This document shows, piece after piece, positions 30,445 through 40,866 of a stretch of DNA of 64,000 bases; positions within the stretch are counted from its first letter, which is position 1, and every line of letters begins with the position of its first letter. Location: positions 544,001-608,000 of the forward strand of contig JAOZFT010000004.1 in NCBI GenBank assembly GCA_027492035.1, read 5' to 3'. The position numbers were made by a program, and so were the translations under genes. Source of the stretch: Thermoproteota archaeon (GTDB lineage: Archaea; Korarchaeota; JAOZGF01; JAOZFZ01). A model generated the notes under the pieces. The model was not told the origin of the DNA, made no database searches, and worked only from the letters and a program-made list of their open reading frames with translations.

Positions 30445-30916
30445 AATTTTCAAATTCTTCCCATTAGCTTTCTTTTCTCACTACATCCTCTGCAAAAATG
30501 TTGAAGTGGAGGATTCTTTTTGTTTAAAAATAAAAGAAGTTTATTTATTGAGAAAACCCATTTATTTTTTATAGTTTAAGATTTTTTGTTGAAATTCCTG
30601 CATCTTCCAGTTTTTTAAACAAAGTTTAATAATTAAAACATCCTTTTTTTAGGAATTTAAACTGTTACTTTGTTCCTTTATGTTTCCAGATATTACCTTT
30701 ACTTTTCAAAGTTAAGTTTGGAAACGGAGAATTCAGGTAGATTCCTTTTAGCTGCGTTGTTCTTGAAATTGTGAAGATGGAAATTGCTGAGAAGTAAAAT
30801 GGTGAAGGTAAAGTTAAATGAAAGAGTTGAATTTTTAATAGGATATAGAAAGGTTGAAAAACTTATTTTTTTAGGATTCGTTTCATTTCTCTTCTTTTCT
30901 GTCTTTAAAGGGTGCT

Positions 30917-31906
30917 ATGTACATGAAAAACTTTGAAAAGTTAAGGGTATTATTTAGTTATTTATCTGCTAAAATCTATGGGAGAAAAGTTTGTGCTTCT
31001 CACGTTAAGGATGTTGACGGAATAGTTAGTGCCTCCATTCTTTACTCTAAATTTAAAAACCCAATTATTTTCCTTTTAGAAACTTATGAAGTTGGGGACC
31101 GGTTTCTTAACTTGTTGAAATGGGACGTAGTTGTTGATTTGCCTCCTTTTAAAAAAATGAAGTTTTACGTTGATCATCATGCCTCCAATTCCCTTTTCAA
31201 AGCTGAAAAATCAGTTTATAACCCTTCAGCTAAATGTGCAGCTGAACTTTTGTTTGAGGCATTGAAGCCTCTGTCTCATGAAGAAATATTGAGGGAAGCT
31301 GTTGAATTAGCTAAGAGAACTGACAGTGCAAGTTACTTGTCAGATCCGCCATTAATTGACACTGTTAATGATTACGATGAAGCGTGGGATTTAAACGATG
31401 CAGTGAAGGGTTTAAACAAAGAAGAAAGGCTTGATTTAGCTAAAAAAATTGTCTCTGAAGGATTAAAAGCTTTAAATGATGAAAAAATTCAGGAAGCAAT
31501 AAGGAAAGTTAGAAAAGTGAGAACTAGAACTTACAGCTTCGCTGAACAAATTCCTTCCTCGGAATTCCTTATCTTAACCTCTAAAAACACCTTTTCCGAA
31601 GAAAAAATCTCTTTTTCAGCAATTCCCTTCATCCTTTTCAAGAAAGGGGTTAAAGTTGTTCTTATTTGTAGTCTCAATAAAGGAAACGGGAAAGTTAAGT
31701 GTTCAATCAATAGGCAACCCTGTTTTAAAGGGGTTTCAGTTAGAGGTTTCGCTGAAAAACATGGGGGAGGTGGACATGACGCTGCAAGCGGTTTCATGAC
31801 TTCTCTTCCACTAGAAAAAATAATTGAAGATGCTTTTAAATGGGCTGAACAGAAAAAACTAAAAACTAAACATGTAAATTTAAACACGCTTTATCCTAAA
31901 AATTAA
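30917..31906 (+). CDS. DHH family phosphoesterase (NrnA/RecJ-like)
   Basis: HVKDVDG, VVDL, VDHH, GGGHDAASG. Confidence 0.88.
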   Translation: MYMKNFEKLRVLFSYLSAKIYGRKVCASHVKDVDGIVSASILYSKFKNPIIFLLETYEVGDRFLNLLKWDVVVDLPPFKKMKFYVDHHASNSLFKAEKSVYNPSAKCAAELLFEALKPLSHEEILREAVELAKRTDSASYLSDPPLIDTVNDYDEAWDLNDAVKGLNKEERLDLAKKIVSEGLKALNDEKIQEAIRKVRKVRTRTYSFAEQIPSSEFLILTSKNTFSEEKISFSAIPFILFKKGVKVVLICSLNKGNGKVKCSINRQPCFKGVSVRGFAEKHGGGGHDAASGFMTSLPLEKIIEDAFKWAEQKKLKTKHVNLNTLYPKN

Positions 31907-31942
31907 ACATGGTTTTTAGGCAAATTCTTTTTCTTTTTGTAG

Positions 31943-33373
31943 GTGGCGAGAAATATGGAAGATTTAGCCTCAAAAATTATTGAACTAGGTTTAGAGAAAG
32001 GTGCAAGTTACGTTGATGTCAGAATTGAAAAAGGAAACAATGGAAAAATAACTGTAAGTAATGGGAAACTGGAGAAAACAAGTTTCGGTTTTGAGTCAGG
32101 AGTAGGAATAACTGTTCTTTTCAATGGAGCATGGGGCTTTTCCTCTACTTCTTCTCTAGAATGGAGTAAATTATCTAAATCTATGGTTTCAGCTTTAAAA
32201 ACAGCTAAAATAATCAGTAAAAAAATTAAGGAAGAAAACAAAGCTTCCTTAGCAGATACGCCAACAATTAAAGGCAAAGATGAATACTTAGGAAGAGAAA
32301 AACTTATAAACATCTCTCTAGAAGAGAAGATCTCCCTCACTTTGGATTTAGACAAAGTTATGGAAAAATTTGATGGAAGAATTAAAAACGCCACTGTAAA
32401 TTATTTGGAAGGCTACGGTGAAAAATTTTTCATGAACAACGAAGGAACAGAAATAAAGGTTTTAGGTTCTCGTTGTTACTTATCTATGCAAGCAGTAGCT
32501 GTTGAAAACGGTAAAGTCCAATCTTACAGGTCAAACGCAGCTAATAAGGGAGGATTTGATGGTTTAAAGGAACACGATCTTGAAAATAAAGCTTTAGAAA
32601 CAGCTGAAAAAGCAATTGTTTTGTTAAAGGCTAAACCAGCCCCTTCAGGGAAATATACAGCCTTAATAGACCCTGAACTCATAGGTGTTTTTGTGCATGA
32701 AGCTTTAGGACATGCTTTAGAGGCAGACTCAATAGTTTCAGGCGAATCCATACTTGCAAATAAATTAAACAAGAAAATATGTGCTGAGGAAGTGAATGTG
32801 GTAGATGACTCCACACTGAACTGGTGGGGGTCAGAAAAATTTGATGATGAAGGAACCCCCACTGAGAAAAGGGTGGTGATAAAAAATGGAGTACTTAAAA
32901 ATTACTTGTTAAACAGGGAAACAGCTTCAAAATTAAACCTGAAACCTAACGGCTCAGCAAGGGCTATGAATTACAGTTACAAACCAATAGTTAGGATGAG
33001 CAACACATACTTAGTTAAAGGAACCTATTCATTAGAGGAAGTATTAAATGAAATAAAAGAGGGAATCTATGTTAAGGGGAGCAGAGGAGGACAAGTTGAC
33101 ACAGCCACTGGAACTTTCCAGTTTAACGCCCAAGAAGCCTACAAAATAGAAAAAGGACAAATAACCACTCCTTTACTTGATGTTTCATTAAGCGGTTTAA
33201 CGCTGGAAACCCTAAATAAAGTAGAGGCAATCTGTAAAGATTTTAAACTGAATGTAGGTTTCTGCGGGAAAAACAGCCAATTAGTTCCTGTAGGGGATGG
33301 AGGACCACACGTAAAAGTAAGTGAAGTAGTGATTGGGGGGCGAAAACAGAAAATAAAGGGGTTTCTAAGGTGA
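31943..33373 (+). CDS. tldD: TldD metalloprotease
   Basis: HEALGHALEAD, FDDEG, PIVRMSNT, GFCGK..Q.VPVGDGGP. Confidence 0.95.
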   Translation: MARNMEDLASKIIELGLEKGASYVDVRIEKGNNGKITVSNGKLEKTSFGFESGVGITVLFNGAWGFSSTSSLEWSKLSKSMVSALKTAKIISKKIKEENKASLADTPTIKGKDEYLGREKLINISLEEKISLTLDLDKVMEKFDGRIKNATVNYLEGYGEKFFMNNEGTEIKVLGSRCYLSMQAVAVENGKVQSYRSNAANKGGFDGLKEHDLENKALETAEKAIVLLKAKPAPSGKYTALIDPELIGVFVHEALGHALEADSIVSGESILANKLNKKICAEEVNVVDDSTLNWWGSEKFDDEGTPTEKRVVIKNGVLKNYLLNRETASKLNLKPNGSARAMNYSYKPIVRMSNTYLVKGTYSLEEVLNEIKEGIYVKGSRGGQVDTATGTFQFNAQEAYKIEKGQITTPLLDVSLSGLTLETLNKVEAICKDFKLNVGFCGKNSQLVPVGDGGPHVKVSEVVIGGRKQKIKGFLR

Positions 33374-34704
33374 ATACCTTTGATTTTTTAGAGTTAGCTG
33401 TTAAAGAAGCTGAAAAAATGGGAGCTTCTGAAGCTGAAGCTTTTCGCGAGGAAGTGGATAGCTTAGAAGTAAAATTTGAAAAATTAACAATTAAAGAAAC
33501 AAAAAGAAGTTTTGTTGCAGGTTTAGGTTTAAGAGTAACTGTTGATAAACACATAGGGTTTGCTTACACTTCCCAGTTATCAAAGAAGAAAATCCTTGAA
33601 ACAGTTGATAAAGCCTTGAAAATAGCTAAACTTAAACCCAAAGATCCTAACTGGATTTCGTTACCTCAACCTAAAAAATACAGGAAAGTGAAGGATGTGT
33701 TTGATGCTGAAATAAACAATATGGAGCTTGAACAGTTAATTGATCCAACACTAACTTTGATTCAGAGCATGAAAATTAACAAGAAAATAGTTTCTGGAAG
33801 CGGCGGAATTTCTGTTAGTAAATGGGAAAAACTTATCTTAAACAGTTATGGGCTTCAAGGAAACGATAAAGGAACATCTATATTTGCTTCAGCCTTTTCC
33901 ATTTCTTCTGACAATGAAGAAACAGGTACAGGGATGGATTTCGCAACTTCAACCCGTTTCAAAAACATTAATTTTGAAGAAATCGGGAAAAATTCTTCAG
34001 AAACAGCTTTGAAACAGCTTGGTAAAAAGAAAATTGAAACCTTTGTGGGAGATATAGTTTTCCATCCGTTTGCTTTCGCAGACCTTCTTCAACAAATACT
34101 TGCGCCTGAACTTTACGGCGACAACGTCTTCAAAAAGAAAACACCATTTTATTCAAAGTTAAACCAAAAAATTTCAACTAAGAATTTTACATTGATAGAT
34201 AACGGCTTATACCCCGCAGGTTTAGGAAGTTCAAGCTTCGACGATGAAGGAACACCTACACAGGAAACAGTTCTTCTTGAAAAAGGGGTTCTGAAAGGGT
34301 TTCTTTACGATAATTACTGGGCTGGAAGGGAAAAGGTTGAAAGCACCGGAAATGCTTCAAGAAGTTATTCAGGTGAACCTTCAATTTCTTTTTCGAACTT
34401 AATCGTTAAACCTGGAAACAAAAATTTAACCGGGATATTAAGCGAAATAGAGGAGGGAATTTACGTTATTTCTTTAATAGGAACTCATACAGCTAACATT
34501 CCTTCAGGTAACTTTTCAGTAGCATCCTACATGCCTTTCAAGATAGAGGAAGGAGAAATAATGTACCCAATTAAACAGGCAATGATTTCAAGTGACACAT
34601 CAACTTTATTGAGTAAAATAGATGAAGTAGGTAAAGATTTAAAGGTGGTAGGGGGAGTTGTTACTCCACCAATTAAAGTGAAAAATGTGGCTGTTTCAGC
34701 TTAA
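33370..34704 (+). CDS. pmbA: TldE/PmbA protein
   Basis: FDDEG, STGNASR, HTANIPSGNFS; lacks HExxxH; overlaps the tldD stop. Confidence 0.92.
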   Translation: MNTFDFLELAVKEAEKMGASEAEAFREEVDSLEVKFEKLTIKETKRSFVAGLGLRVTVDKHIGFAYTSQLSKKKILETVDKALKIAKLKPKDPNWISLPQPKKYRKVKDVFDAEINNMELEQLIDPTLTLIQSMKINKKIVSGSGGISVSKWEKLILNSYGLQGNDKGTSIFASAFSISSDNEETGTGMDFATSTRFKNINFEEIGKNSSETALKQLGKKKIETFVGDIVFHPFAFADLLQQILAPELYGDNVFKKKTPFYSKLNQKISTKNFTLIDNGLYPAGLGSSSFDDEGTPTQETVLLEKGVLKGFLYDNYWAGREKVESTGNASRSYSGEPSISFSNLIVKPGNKNLTGILSEIEEGIYVISLIGTHTANIPSGNFSVASYMPFKIEEGEIMYPIKQAMISSDTSTLLSKIDEVGKDLKVVGGVVTPPIKVKNVAVSA

Positions 34705-35712
34705 CTTTATTATTTCCCTTATTTCCTCCCTAACCCTCCCAACATATTCTTTCCATTCATACTTTCTAGATGGAAGAATAAATTCTCTTCTTGTTTCAAA
34801 TAATTTCCCATACTTAGTAAGTACTGAAATGTTTCTTTCAACTTGTTCAAACAGTTTTCTTGGTAAAACTGCACGTCTAGCCCTGTACAAGTAATCAATT
34901 CTTTTCTTGAAAAGGGAGATGTCAAGTTTTAATTTTAACAACTGGCCTAAATCGTAAAGGTCACAAAGGTGATCTCTTAAACTTAACTCTAAAGGTTTCC
35001 CAAGCCTAGATATTTTTTCAGCTATACAGTACTCAGGAGGAAAAACAAGTCCTTTAGCTTTCAAAACAGGTTTTTCGATTTTCTCTAAAATTGAAGGTAT
35101 CACTTTAGACTTAAAACTTTCAATAGGTTCTTTTTCATTAATTGAAACAGTTAACCTAACATAATCTAGTGAAGGAAGGAAGCCTAGTTCCTTTTTCATT
35201 CTCAGGAAATACATTGTTAACTTGTCTATTTCTTCCCCCCTTCTCAAAACATACCTTGGCAAGGAAACACCTACTGAATAAGTTGACATGAGTCTCCTGA
35301 GAGATAATAAATCAATAAAAACGTTTTTTTCAGCATCTATTTCGAAAAAGCCTAAATTAACTTTCACTTCATTACAAACCAGCTCATATGTTCCCCCCAA
35401 CTGTTCAATACACTTATTCAGTTTATCTAAACTATATCCCTTCTTACTTGAAAGGTTTGAAACTAAGTCTATGTCCCAACTGAACCTTGGAATTTCAGAA
35501 TACAAACGAGAAATCAATGTGCCACCCTTTAAACAAACAGGCACAGGTGAACACCTTAGTATTTGCGTTAAGGTGTCGTAAAAAATTATTTCTCGTTCAA
35601 CAACGCTTCTTGGAAGTTTCAGTTTCACCGCTAGTTGATCTATTTCTTCCAACCTAAGAATTTTTTTTCTCCAGGATTTAACTGCCCAATACATGCTGAA
35701 CAGCTTCTTCAA
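34696..35712 (-). CDS. AbiEii-type nucleotidyltransferase toxin (type IV TA)
   Basis: VERE..., CLKGGTLISRLY...RFSWDIDL, AEKI, DLYDL. Confidence 0.85.
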   Translation of the reverse strand: MKKLFSMYWAVKSWRKKILRLEEIDQLAVKLKLPRSVVEREIIFYDTLTQILRCSPVPVCLKGGTLISRLYSEIPRFSWDIDLVSNLSSKKGYSLDKLNKCIEQLGGTYELVCNEVKVNLGFFEIDAEKNVFIDLLSLRRLMSTYSVGVSLPRYVLRRGEEIDKLTMYFLRMKKELGFLPSLDYVRLTVSINEKEPIESFKSKVIPSILEKIEKPVLKAKGLVFPPEYCIAEKISRLGKPLELSLRDHLCDLYDLGQLLKLKLDISLFKKRIDYLYRARRAVLPRKLFEQVERNISVLTKYGKLFETRREFILPSRKYEWKEYVGRVREEIREIIKLS

Positions 35713-36478
35713 TCATCAACAAAACTTTTCTAGGCAACTTAACTTTTCCCTTCCCCTCAACAACCCCTGCTGTAGTCAATATAGCATTAAGAATATTTAA
35801 TGTATTCTTTGCTGAATATCTCTCCTTAGCAATTTTTAACACATCCTTTATTTCCACTATGGGGGAAAGCAGCAACTCAACAACGTCATCCAGTTTATCA
35901 ACCAAGTCTACCCTTCTCAAGACATCAATTATGGCTTTTTCAACAGTTGCAACTGGGGCTTGTCCACTCCACCCTCTAAAACTGACTTCTATTTCGTCGT
36001 AATCTTCAGGAAAAATTTTTTCTTCTTCAATAATAACTTTTACTGGTGAATAGGCGGATAAAGGGCCTCTTACCTTCACTATTCCCCTGTCCCCAATTAA
36101 ATGAAGCATATTCGGCTCCATAGTGAGATCTCTAGTTAACCCTCTAACTATAATTGCTGTTTCTCCTGTTAAATAATACTGGCCGAAACTTGAAAGAACA
36201 CTGAATATGTCCTTGAGTACCATAGTTTTCCTTTCAGTATTGAAAAGGTTCTCCAACACTTTAAAGTATGGGCTTAATAAATTTATTCCAATGGTCCTAG
36301 CTGCAGGGTTGTAAACAACAACTCCTTTCATTTCCGTTATTTGGGCATAGACTGTTGAAGGGGAACAGCCTGCCCTTTTAGCTAGTTCAGTGACCGTGAA
36401 ACTTTTTTCAGGGTTTAAAGCCAAAATCCTCAATACAGAAATTTTACAGCTTGACCCTAAAAATGTTTCAAGAAACAT
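35678..36478 (-). CDS. AbiEi-like antitoxin / wHTH transcriptional regulator
   Basis: N-terminal HTH (FTVTELAKRAGCSPSTVY), YYLTGETA...GL, VATVEKAIID; overlaps the toxin start. Confidence 0.8.
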   Translation of the reverse strand: MFLETFLGSSCKISVLRILALNPEKSFTVTELAKRAGCSPSTVYAQITEMKGVVVYNPAARTIGINLLSPYFKVLENLFNTERKTMVLKDIFSVLSSFGQYYLTGETAIIVRGLTRDLTMEPNMLHLIGDRGIVKVRGPLSAYSPVKVIIEEEKIFPEDYDEIEVSFRGWSGQAPVATVEKAIIDVLRRVDLVDKLDDVVELLLSPIVEIKDVLKIAKERYSAKNTLNILNAILTTAGVVEGKGKVKLPRKVLLMIEEAVQHVLGS

Positions 36479-36487
36479 TTCTATCCC

Positions 36488-36527
36488 TTTTCGAAAAACT
36501 AAATAATTCTATTCGAAAAAACGAATA
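36488..36527. promoter_or_regulatory. inverted-repeat operator of the AbiE operon
   Basis: TATTCG-AAAAAA-CGAATA (36510-36527) plus TTTTCGAAAA (36488-36497), immediately upstream of the antitoxin ATG. Confidence 0.55.
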
Positions 36528-36674
36528 AAAACTTACCTTTTTCAAAAACAATTTTACTCTTCAACCTTTTAAAACTGTGTAGGAAAAATATATAGAAGAA
36601 AAGGAAGAAGTGACAGGAATTTAAGTAATGGATTTAACACTTTGTTTCGCGGATTCCCTGAATTACAATAGTTT

Positions 36675-37238
36675 TTAACCTACTGCTTTCTTCTCTAAAA
36701 TTTCTAATCCTTCTTTGAATCCACTTGCAACTATTAAGTTTCCTTCCTCTATCTTTTCTTTACCGGAAGGGTTGTATATCCATCTTTTACCCTTCTTAAC
36801 AGCTATAATATGAACCCCTATCCTATCTTCTAGTTTCAATTCATTTATTGTTTTACCTACTAAAGTACTTCTTTTATTGATAGGGGTCAATGTAATAGAG
36901 TCTTCAGCTTCTTCAACAGCCATTTTAATTACTGGATGTGAAGCTATTCCTTTATCCACTACTTCAGCTATAGATGCTGCAGCATCTGACAATTTTTCAG
37001 CTAAAAAACCAAGTCTAAGTAAACCTACAATTTCTTTCTCTTCCCCCCTTTTGTTTTTCATTGAAATTACTTGTTGTTCAAATCTTGTCCTTAATTCGTC
37101 CATGTCTTCTTCAAGAATTAAAACTTCTTCAGCTATGTCTTTATTTCCGTAAATTAAGGCTGTGTAAGCTAAATCCATCATAACTCTTGAGGTGTCAATT
37201 AATTTAACAAGTAACTTTTTCACTTCTCCATTACTCAT
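36675..37238 (-). CDS. PhoU-like + TrkA-C (RCK_C) domain protein
   Basis: DTSRVMMDLAYTAL...AEEV..LEE.MD; S.LVGKTI.EL.LE..IGV.IIAVK. Confidence 0.88.
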   Translation of the reverse strand: MSNGEVKKLLVKLIDTSRVMMDLAYTALIYGNKDIAEEVLILEEDMDELRTRFEQQVISMKNKRGEEKEIVGLLRLGFLAEKLSDAAASIAEVVDKGIASHPVIKMAVEEAEDSITLTPINKRSTLVGKTINELKLEDRIGVHIIAVKKGKRWIYNPSGKEKIEEGNLIVASGFKEGLEILEKKAVG

Positions 37239-37873
37239 TTTGTTGCAGGCACCTCTTGAATGACGCCCGTAGCTAGTTTCGAAAAAGTTTCAATTCCCCC
37301 TTTTGAACCCTTAAAAACAATTAAATCTCCAGTGTAAAGGGTTTCATCATTTGAAGGGTCAAATATCCATTTATGTTTCCTTCTTATAGCTATTATGTCA
37401 ACCCCAATTTTTATGTCCAGTTTAAGTTCCCCTATTTTCTTGCCTGAAAGCACAGAGTTACTGGAAACCTTTACTCCAGAATATTTCTCCTTTACTTCAT
37501 TTAGTGCCTCTCTAGCTAAAGGATGCCCACCCATGTTTTCCCATACAATATGGGCGAAATCAGGTGCTACACTTGCTATTTCATCCACTGCTGAACCAAC
37601 TTTTATTACGCCCACTATTCTTTCAGCGTCTTCAGCATCCCTTGCAGCCAAAGTGGCTTGCATCCATAACTGGTAAACTAAATCATCAATTTCATCCCTG
37701 ATTTCAATAAGTTCATCAGCTAAATCTTTGTCGTTAAAGAGAACAGCTGTGAAACCAAGGTCAACGAGGTATTCACTTAAGTCCTTCATTCTTCTTAAGG
37801 AGTCAAGGATTGAAATAGGTTTATAATAAATTTTTTCCTCTTCTTGCGTCAAAGGGTGAAATCCCCTCCACAA
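37235..37873 (-). CDS. PhoU-like + TrkA-C domain protein (paralogue)
   Basis: MKDLSEYLVDLGFTAVL; SVLSGKKIGELKL..IGVDIIAIRR. Confidence 0.88.
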   Translation of the reverse strand: MWRGFHPLTQEEEKIYYKPISILDSLRRMKDLSEYLVDLGFTAVLFNDKDLADELIEIRDEIDDLVYQLWMQATLAARDAEDAERIVGVIKVGSAVDEIASVAPDFAHIVWENMGGHPLAREALNEVKEKYSGVKVSSNSVLSGKKIGELKLDIKIGVDIIAIRRKHKWIFDPSNDETLYTGDLIVFKGSKGGIETFSKLATGVIQEVPATK

Positions 37874-37959
37874 TAAATTATTTTCTTCCTTTCTCCTCTT
37901 TTAAAATTTTTCGTTCACTCTTCTCAATGAAACATTTCAGAAACCTTCCCTTTAAAAAC

Positions 37960-38523
37960 TCAATAAGCCAAAGTTAAGGAAAGAGAATACAGAAGTATAG
38001 ATGTACTTATTAAGTCCCCAACGGTGGTTGTAACTGGGGGAGTGAAGTTGTCAGGGTCAATTCCCCTACTGAAAACCAAGTAAGAAATAACTAAACCAAC
38101 AGCAATCATTAAAAAAGTGGATAGAACCCCTGAAAACAATATTGAAAAAAAAAGTCTTAAGAAGTTGAAAGAAGTTGAAGCAAAAAAGGTGAAAGCTACA
38201 GTTACTCCAGAAATAAAACTGAAACCTATAAATGAAACACTTAAAACAGCGAAAATATTTGTAACCCATAAAGTTAAGGGCCTAAAGTTCATGCTTAATT
38301 GTCCAGTATGTAACAAACTTGTAATTTTGCTACAAAAAACATCAGCTAAATCCCCGGCCATGTTCATGAAAGCAGGCAAAACAATAAACAAACTGGGAAC
38401 CCTCAAAAAAATATCTCTCCCAACAACCTCCAAACGGCTCCCAGTTAATAAACTGAAAACTAAAACTGATAATAAAACGGGTAAACTCTCCCTAACAATC
38501 CTTCCTTTACTGTAAATAGGCAT
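37960..38523 (-). CDS. MgtE/SLC41 divalent cation transporter, single membrane domain
   Basis: P.FMNMAG, GIDPDNFTPPVTTTVGDL; about 5 TM. Confidence 0.85.
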   Translation of the reverse strand: MPIYSKGRIVRESLPVLLSVLVFSLLTGSRLEVVGRDIFLRVPSLFIVLPAFMNMAGDLADVFCSKITSLLHTGQLSMNFRPLTLWVTNIFAVLSVSFIGFSFISGVTVAFTFFASTSFNFLRLFFSILFSGVLSTFLMIAVGLVISYLVFSRGIDPDNFTPPVTTTVGDLISTSILLYSLSLTLAY

Positions 38524-38545
38524 TTTCTAACTCCTCCCACATCCA

Positions 38546-39121
38546 CTAAACCAAAAAATTAATGGTTAAACTCGAAACCAAAATTAAGTAAAAAACAGTT
38601 AACAAATCCCCAATTGTTGCAACAATCGGTATAGTGACATTATCAGGGTCAAACCCCTTGTAAGAGAAGTAAAGAGAAATAGTAACTGTCAAAAAAATCT
38701 GTGTTAAACAGGAAAGAATGGTAGTGGCTAAAGAAATAATTAAAAGCCAAAAAAGTCCAATGTTTACGATGCGGAAGAAAAACATAAACCCGTAACAAAG
38801 GAAAACATAAACAGAATTAACCATTAGACTTAAAAAAAAAGTAGCGTAAATATTTTCCCTCAATTCCTCATTTACTTTATCTTCCCAGCTAATAAGCCCC
38901 AGATGAATAGCTGAACCTAATCTTTGAGCAAGACTGGTGGAAATATTTCCTCTGCTCTCCATTAAACCTGGAAGCAGGAACAAAATCCCAGGCAAAAAAG
39001 AAAGGGTTCTGTTCATACTCACAAGAATGTTCCCAGCTGCAAGCTCAGCTAAAGCAGTAAAAATTATGAAGGGGGTAGCCTCAAAAACTGTTCTCTTAAA
39101 ACTCCCCAAGTAACCCTTCAT
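38546..39121 (-). CDS. MgtE/SLC41 divalent cation transporter, single membrane domain
   Basis: PGLMESRGNI...RLGSAIHLG, GFDPDNVTIPIVATIGDL. Confidence 0.87.
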   Translation of the reverse strand: MKGYLGSFKRTVFEATPFIIFTALAELAAGNILVSMNRTLSFLPGILFLLPGLMESRGNISTSLAQRLGSAIHLGLISWEDKVNEELRENIYATFFLSLMVNSVYVFLCYGFMFFFRIVNIGLFWLLIISLATTILSCLTQIFLTVTISLYFSYKGFDPDNVTIPIVATIGDLLTVFYLILVSSLTINFLV

Positions 39122-39291
39122 CCCCGTTCACCTTCCACTGAACCTAAAAATTAAAAAAAGTAATGAGGTATTATTTTAAAAATTTTTCAATGTCCACGTA
39201 AAAAGGAACCTTTTTGAATAAAGCTTTTTACCTTTCTCTTTAAGAGATCCTCAACAACCCCTCCTTTCAAGAAAAAAGGGTTGATGTAGGT

Positions 39292-39777
39292 TTGGATGAA
39301 TTAGATAAAAAAATACTGCATGAAATGAATAAAAATGCCAGGGTGCCCGTAGCTGCGCTAGCTAAAAAACTGAAAAAACCAAGAACAACCATTGCCAACC
39401 GAATCCTAAGCCTAGAAAAACAAAAAATAATAAAGGGGTACAAACTAAACCTAGATTTCAACAAATTAGGCTACAACTTCACAGCATACATTCTAATGAG
39501 AGTTAAAAGAAGAAAACCTGAAGAAGGAATCTCAAACCAAGTTATTTTGGCAAGAAAAATACTGAAAGACACTTCCCAAAACAATCAACTCCCCCTGATT
39601 GAAGACGCAAAAATCATCACAGGACCATACGACATATTACTAAAAATAAGGGTTAGGAAATGGGAGGATTTAACAAACTTCCTAATAGTATATCTACCAA
39701 AACATGGAGAAATAGAGCACACAGAAACCATGATGGTGCTTTTCGACGTGGCAGATAGGAACCAAATAAAAATTTAG
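39292..39777 (+). CDS. Lrp/AsnC family transcriptional regulator
   Basis: DELDKKIL...NAR...LAK...RI..LE...IIKGY; ITGPYDILLK. Confidence 0.93.
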   Translation: MDELDKKILHEMNKNARVPVAALAKKLKKPRTTIANRILSLEKQKIIKGYKLNLDFNKLGYNFTAYILMRVKRRKPEEGISNQVILARKILKDTSQNNQLPLIEDAKIITGPYDILLKIRVRKWEDLTNFLIVYLPKHGEIEHTETMMVLFDVADRNQIKI

Positions 39778-39832
39778 AAGGAATCCCTTTCCCAAAACTT
39801 AAAAAATCTGAAAAAAAAGGGGAAGAAAAGCA

Positions 39833-40663
39833 ATGTGGCAAATAATTGAATGGTTATCTTCAGCGAGAATATCCGTTACACTTCTCCTACTTCTCACCGC
39901 CTCACTTCAAGACGTAAAAGAAAGAGAAGTTTCAGATAAAATCTGGGTCTCTGGAATACTTGCAGGCTTAATCATTGATGTAATAGATTTTATTTCCTTC
40001 CCAGACATAACTCTTTTAACAACAATTACCCTTTCATTCTCCGCAATGTTCCTACTCTCCCTTTTAACTTTTTATTTAGGCTTCTTCGGCGGAGCAGATT
40101 CAAAAGCACTAATAACCATTGCTTTATTGAACCCATACCACCCAATTCCGTCGCTGCAAAACAAAACATTACCAATTTTCACTTTATCAGTTTTCTTAAA
40201 CAGTTTACTTGTTTCAATGACAGTCCCCCTTGCACTTTTCCTCAAAAACTTCACAGAAATAGTTAAAGGGAAAAAATTATTTGAAAATTTAGAAAAAACA
40301 AAACTATACACGTTAAAAAAAACCCTTCTAATGTTTACAGGCTACAAAACGAAAATCACAGAATTAAACAGCAAAAAATTCGTCTTTCCACTTGAAGAAA
40401 TCAAAATAAAAAGCTCCATAAACCAAGAAGGAATAGAGAAAAAAGAGGTGGAAAGAAAAATTAAATTTCTCCCGGAAATGAACAAAGAAAACCAAGAAGA
40501 AAACTATTTAAACCTTAAAAAAATGGTTAAAGAAGGGGAGATAAAAAATCAAATATGGGTTTCTCCAGGTTTACCCTTCATCCTCTTCCTATTGACAGGT
40601 TACATACTAACTCTAGTCTTAGGTGACATACTAACAAAAACAATATTGTCACTAAACACTTAA
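39833..40663 (+). CDS. pibD: prepilin/prearchaellin peptidase (A24, PibD/FlaK-like)
   Basis: ASLQDVKEREV, FGGADSK (GxGD-like), WVSPGLPFI C-terminal motif. Confidence 0.88.
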   Translation: MWQIIEWLSSARISVTLLLLLTASLQDVKEREVSDKIWVSGILAGLIIDVIDFISFPDITLLTTITLSFSAMFLLSLLTFYLGFFGGADSKALITIALLNPYHPIPSLQNKTLPIFTLSVFLNSLLVSMTVPLALFLKNFTEIVKGKKLFENLEKTKLYTLKKTLLMFTGYKTKITELNSKKFVFPLEEIKIKSSINQEGIEKKEVERKIKFLPEMNKENQEENYLNLKKMVKEGEIKNQIWVSPGLPFILFLLTGYILTLVLGDILTKTILSLNT

Positions 40664-40866
40664 CATTTCCACTTAGCATTCCTCACCTAAGCTGCGTAGA
40701 CACAAAAAAATATTTAGAACATTAAATAAAAACATAACCTTAACTTCCAAAATAAAAAGATAAATTTAAAAACTTTAAATTTATCATCCAAAACATTTTT
40801 TTCAAAAAAAGGTTCTCAACTAAAATCCCCCTTCTCATAAAAAGGAGGAAAACGGAGGACGGTTCT

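Noticed and set aside
30740-30936. Possible HEPN/MNT remnant (..VLEIVKMEIAEK* then MVKVKLNERVEFLIGYRKVEKLIFLG..)
   Set aside because: Only a vague resemblance; no GS..RG or DxD motif, and too short to support.
31943-34704. TldD/E as a RiPP maturation protease for the Cys-tail protein
   Set aside because: TldDE is a widespread archaeal housekeeping pair lying ~13 kb away; nothing in the sequence links them.
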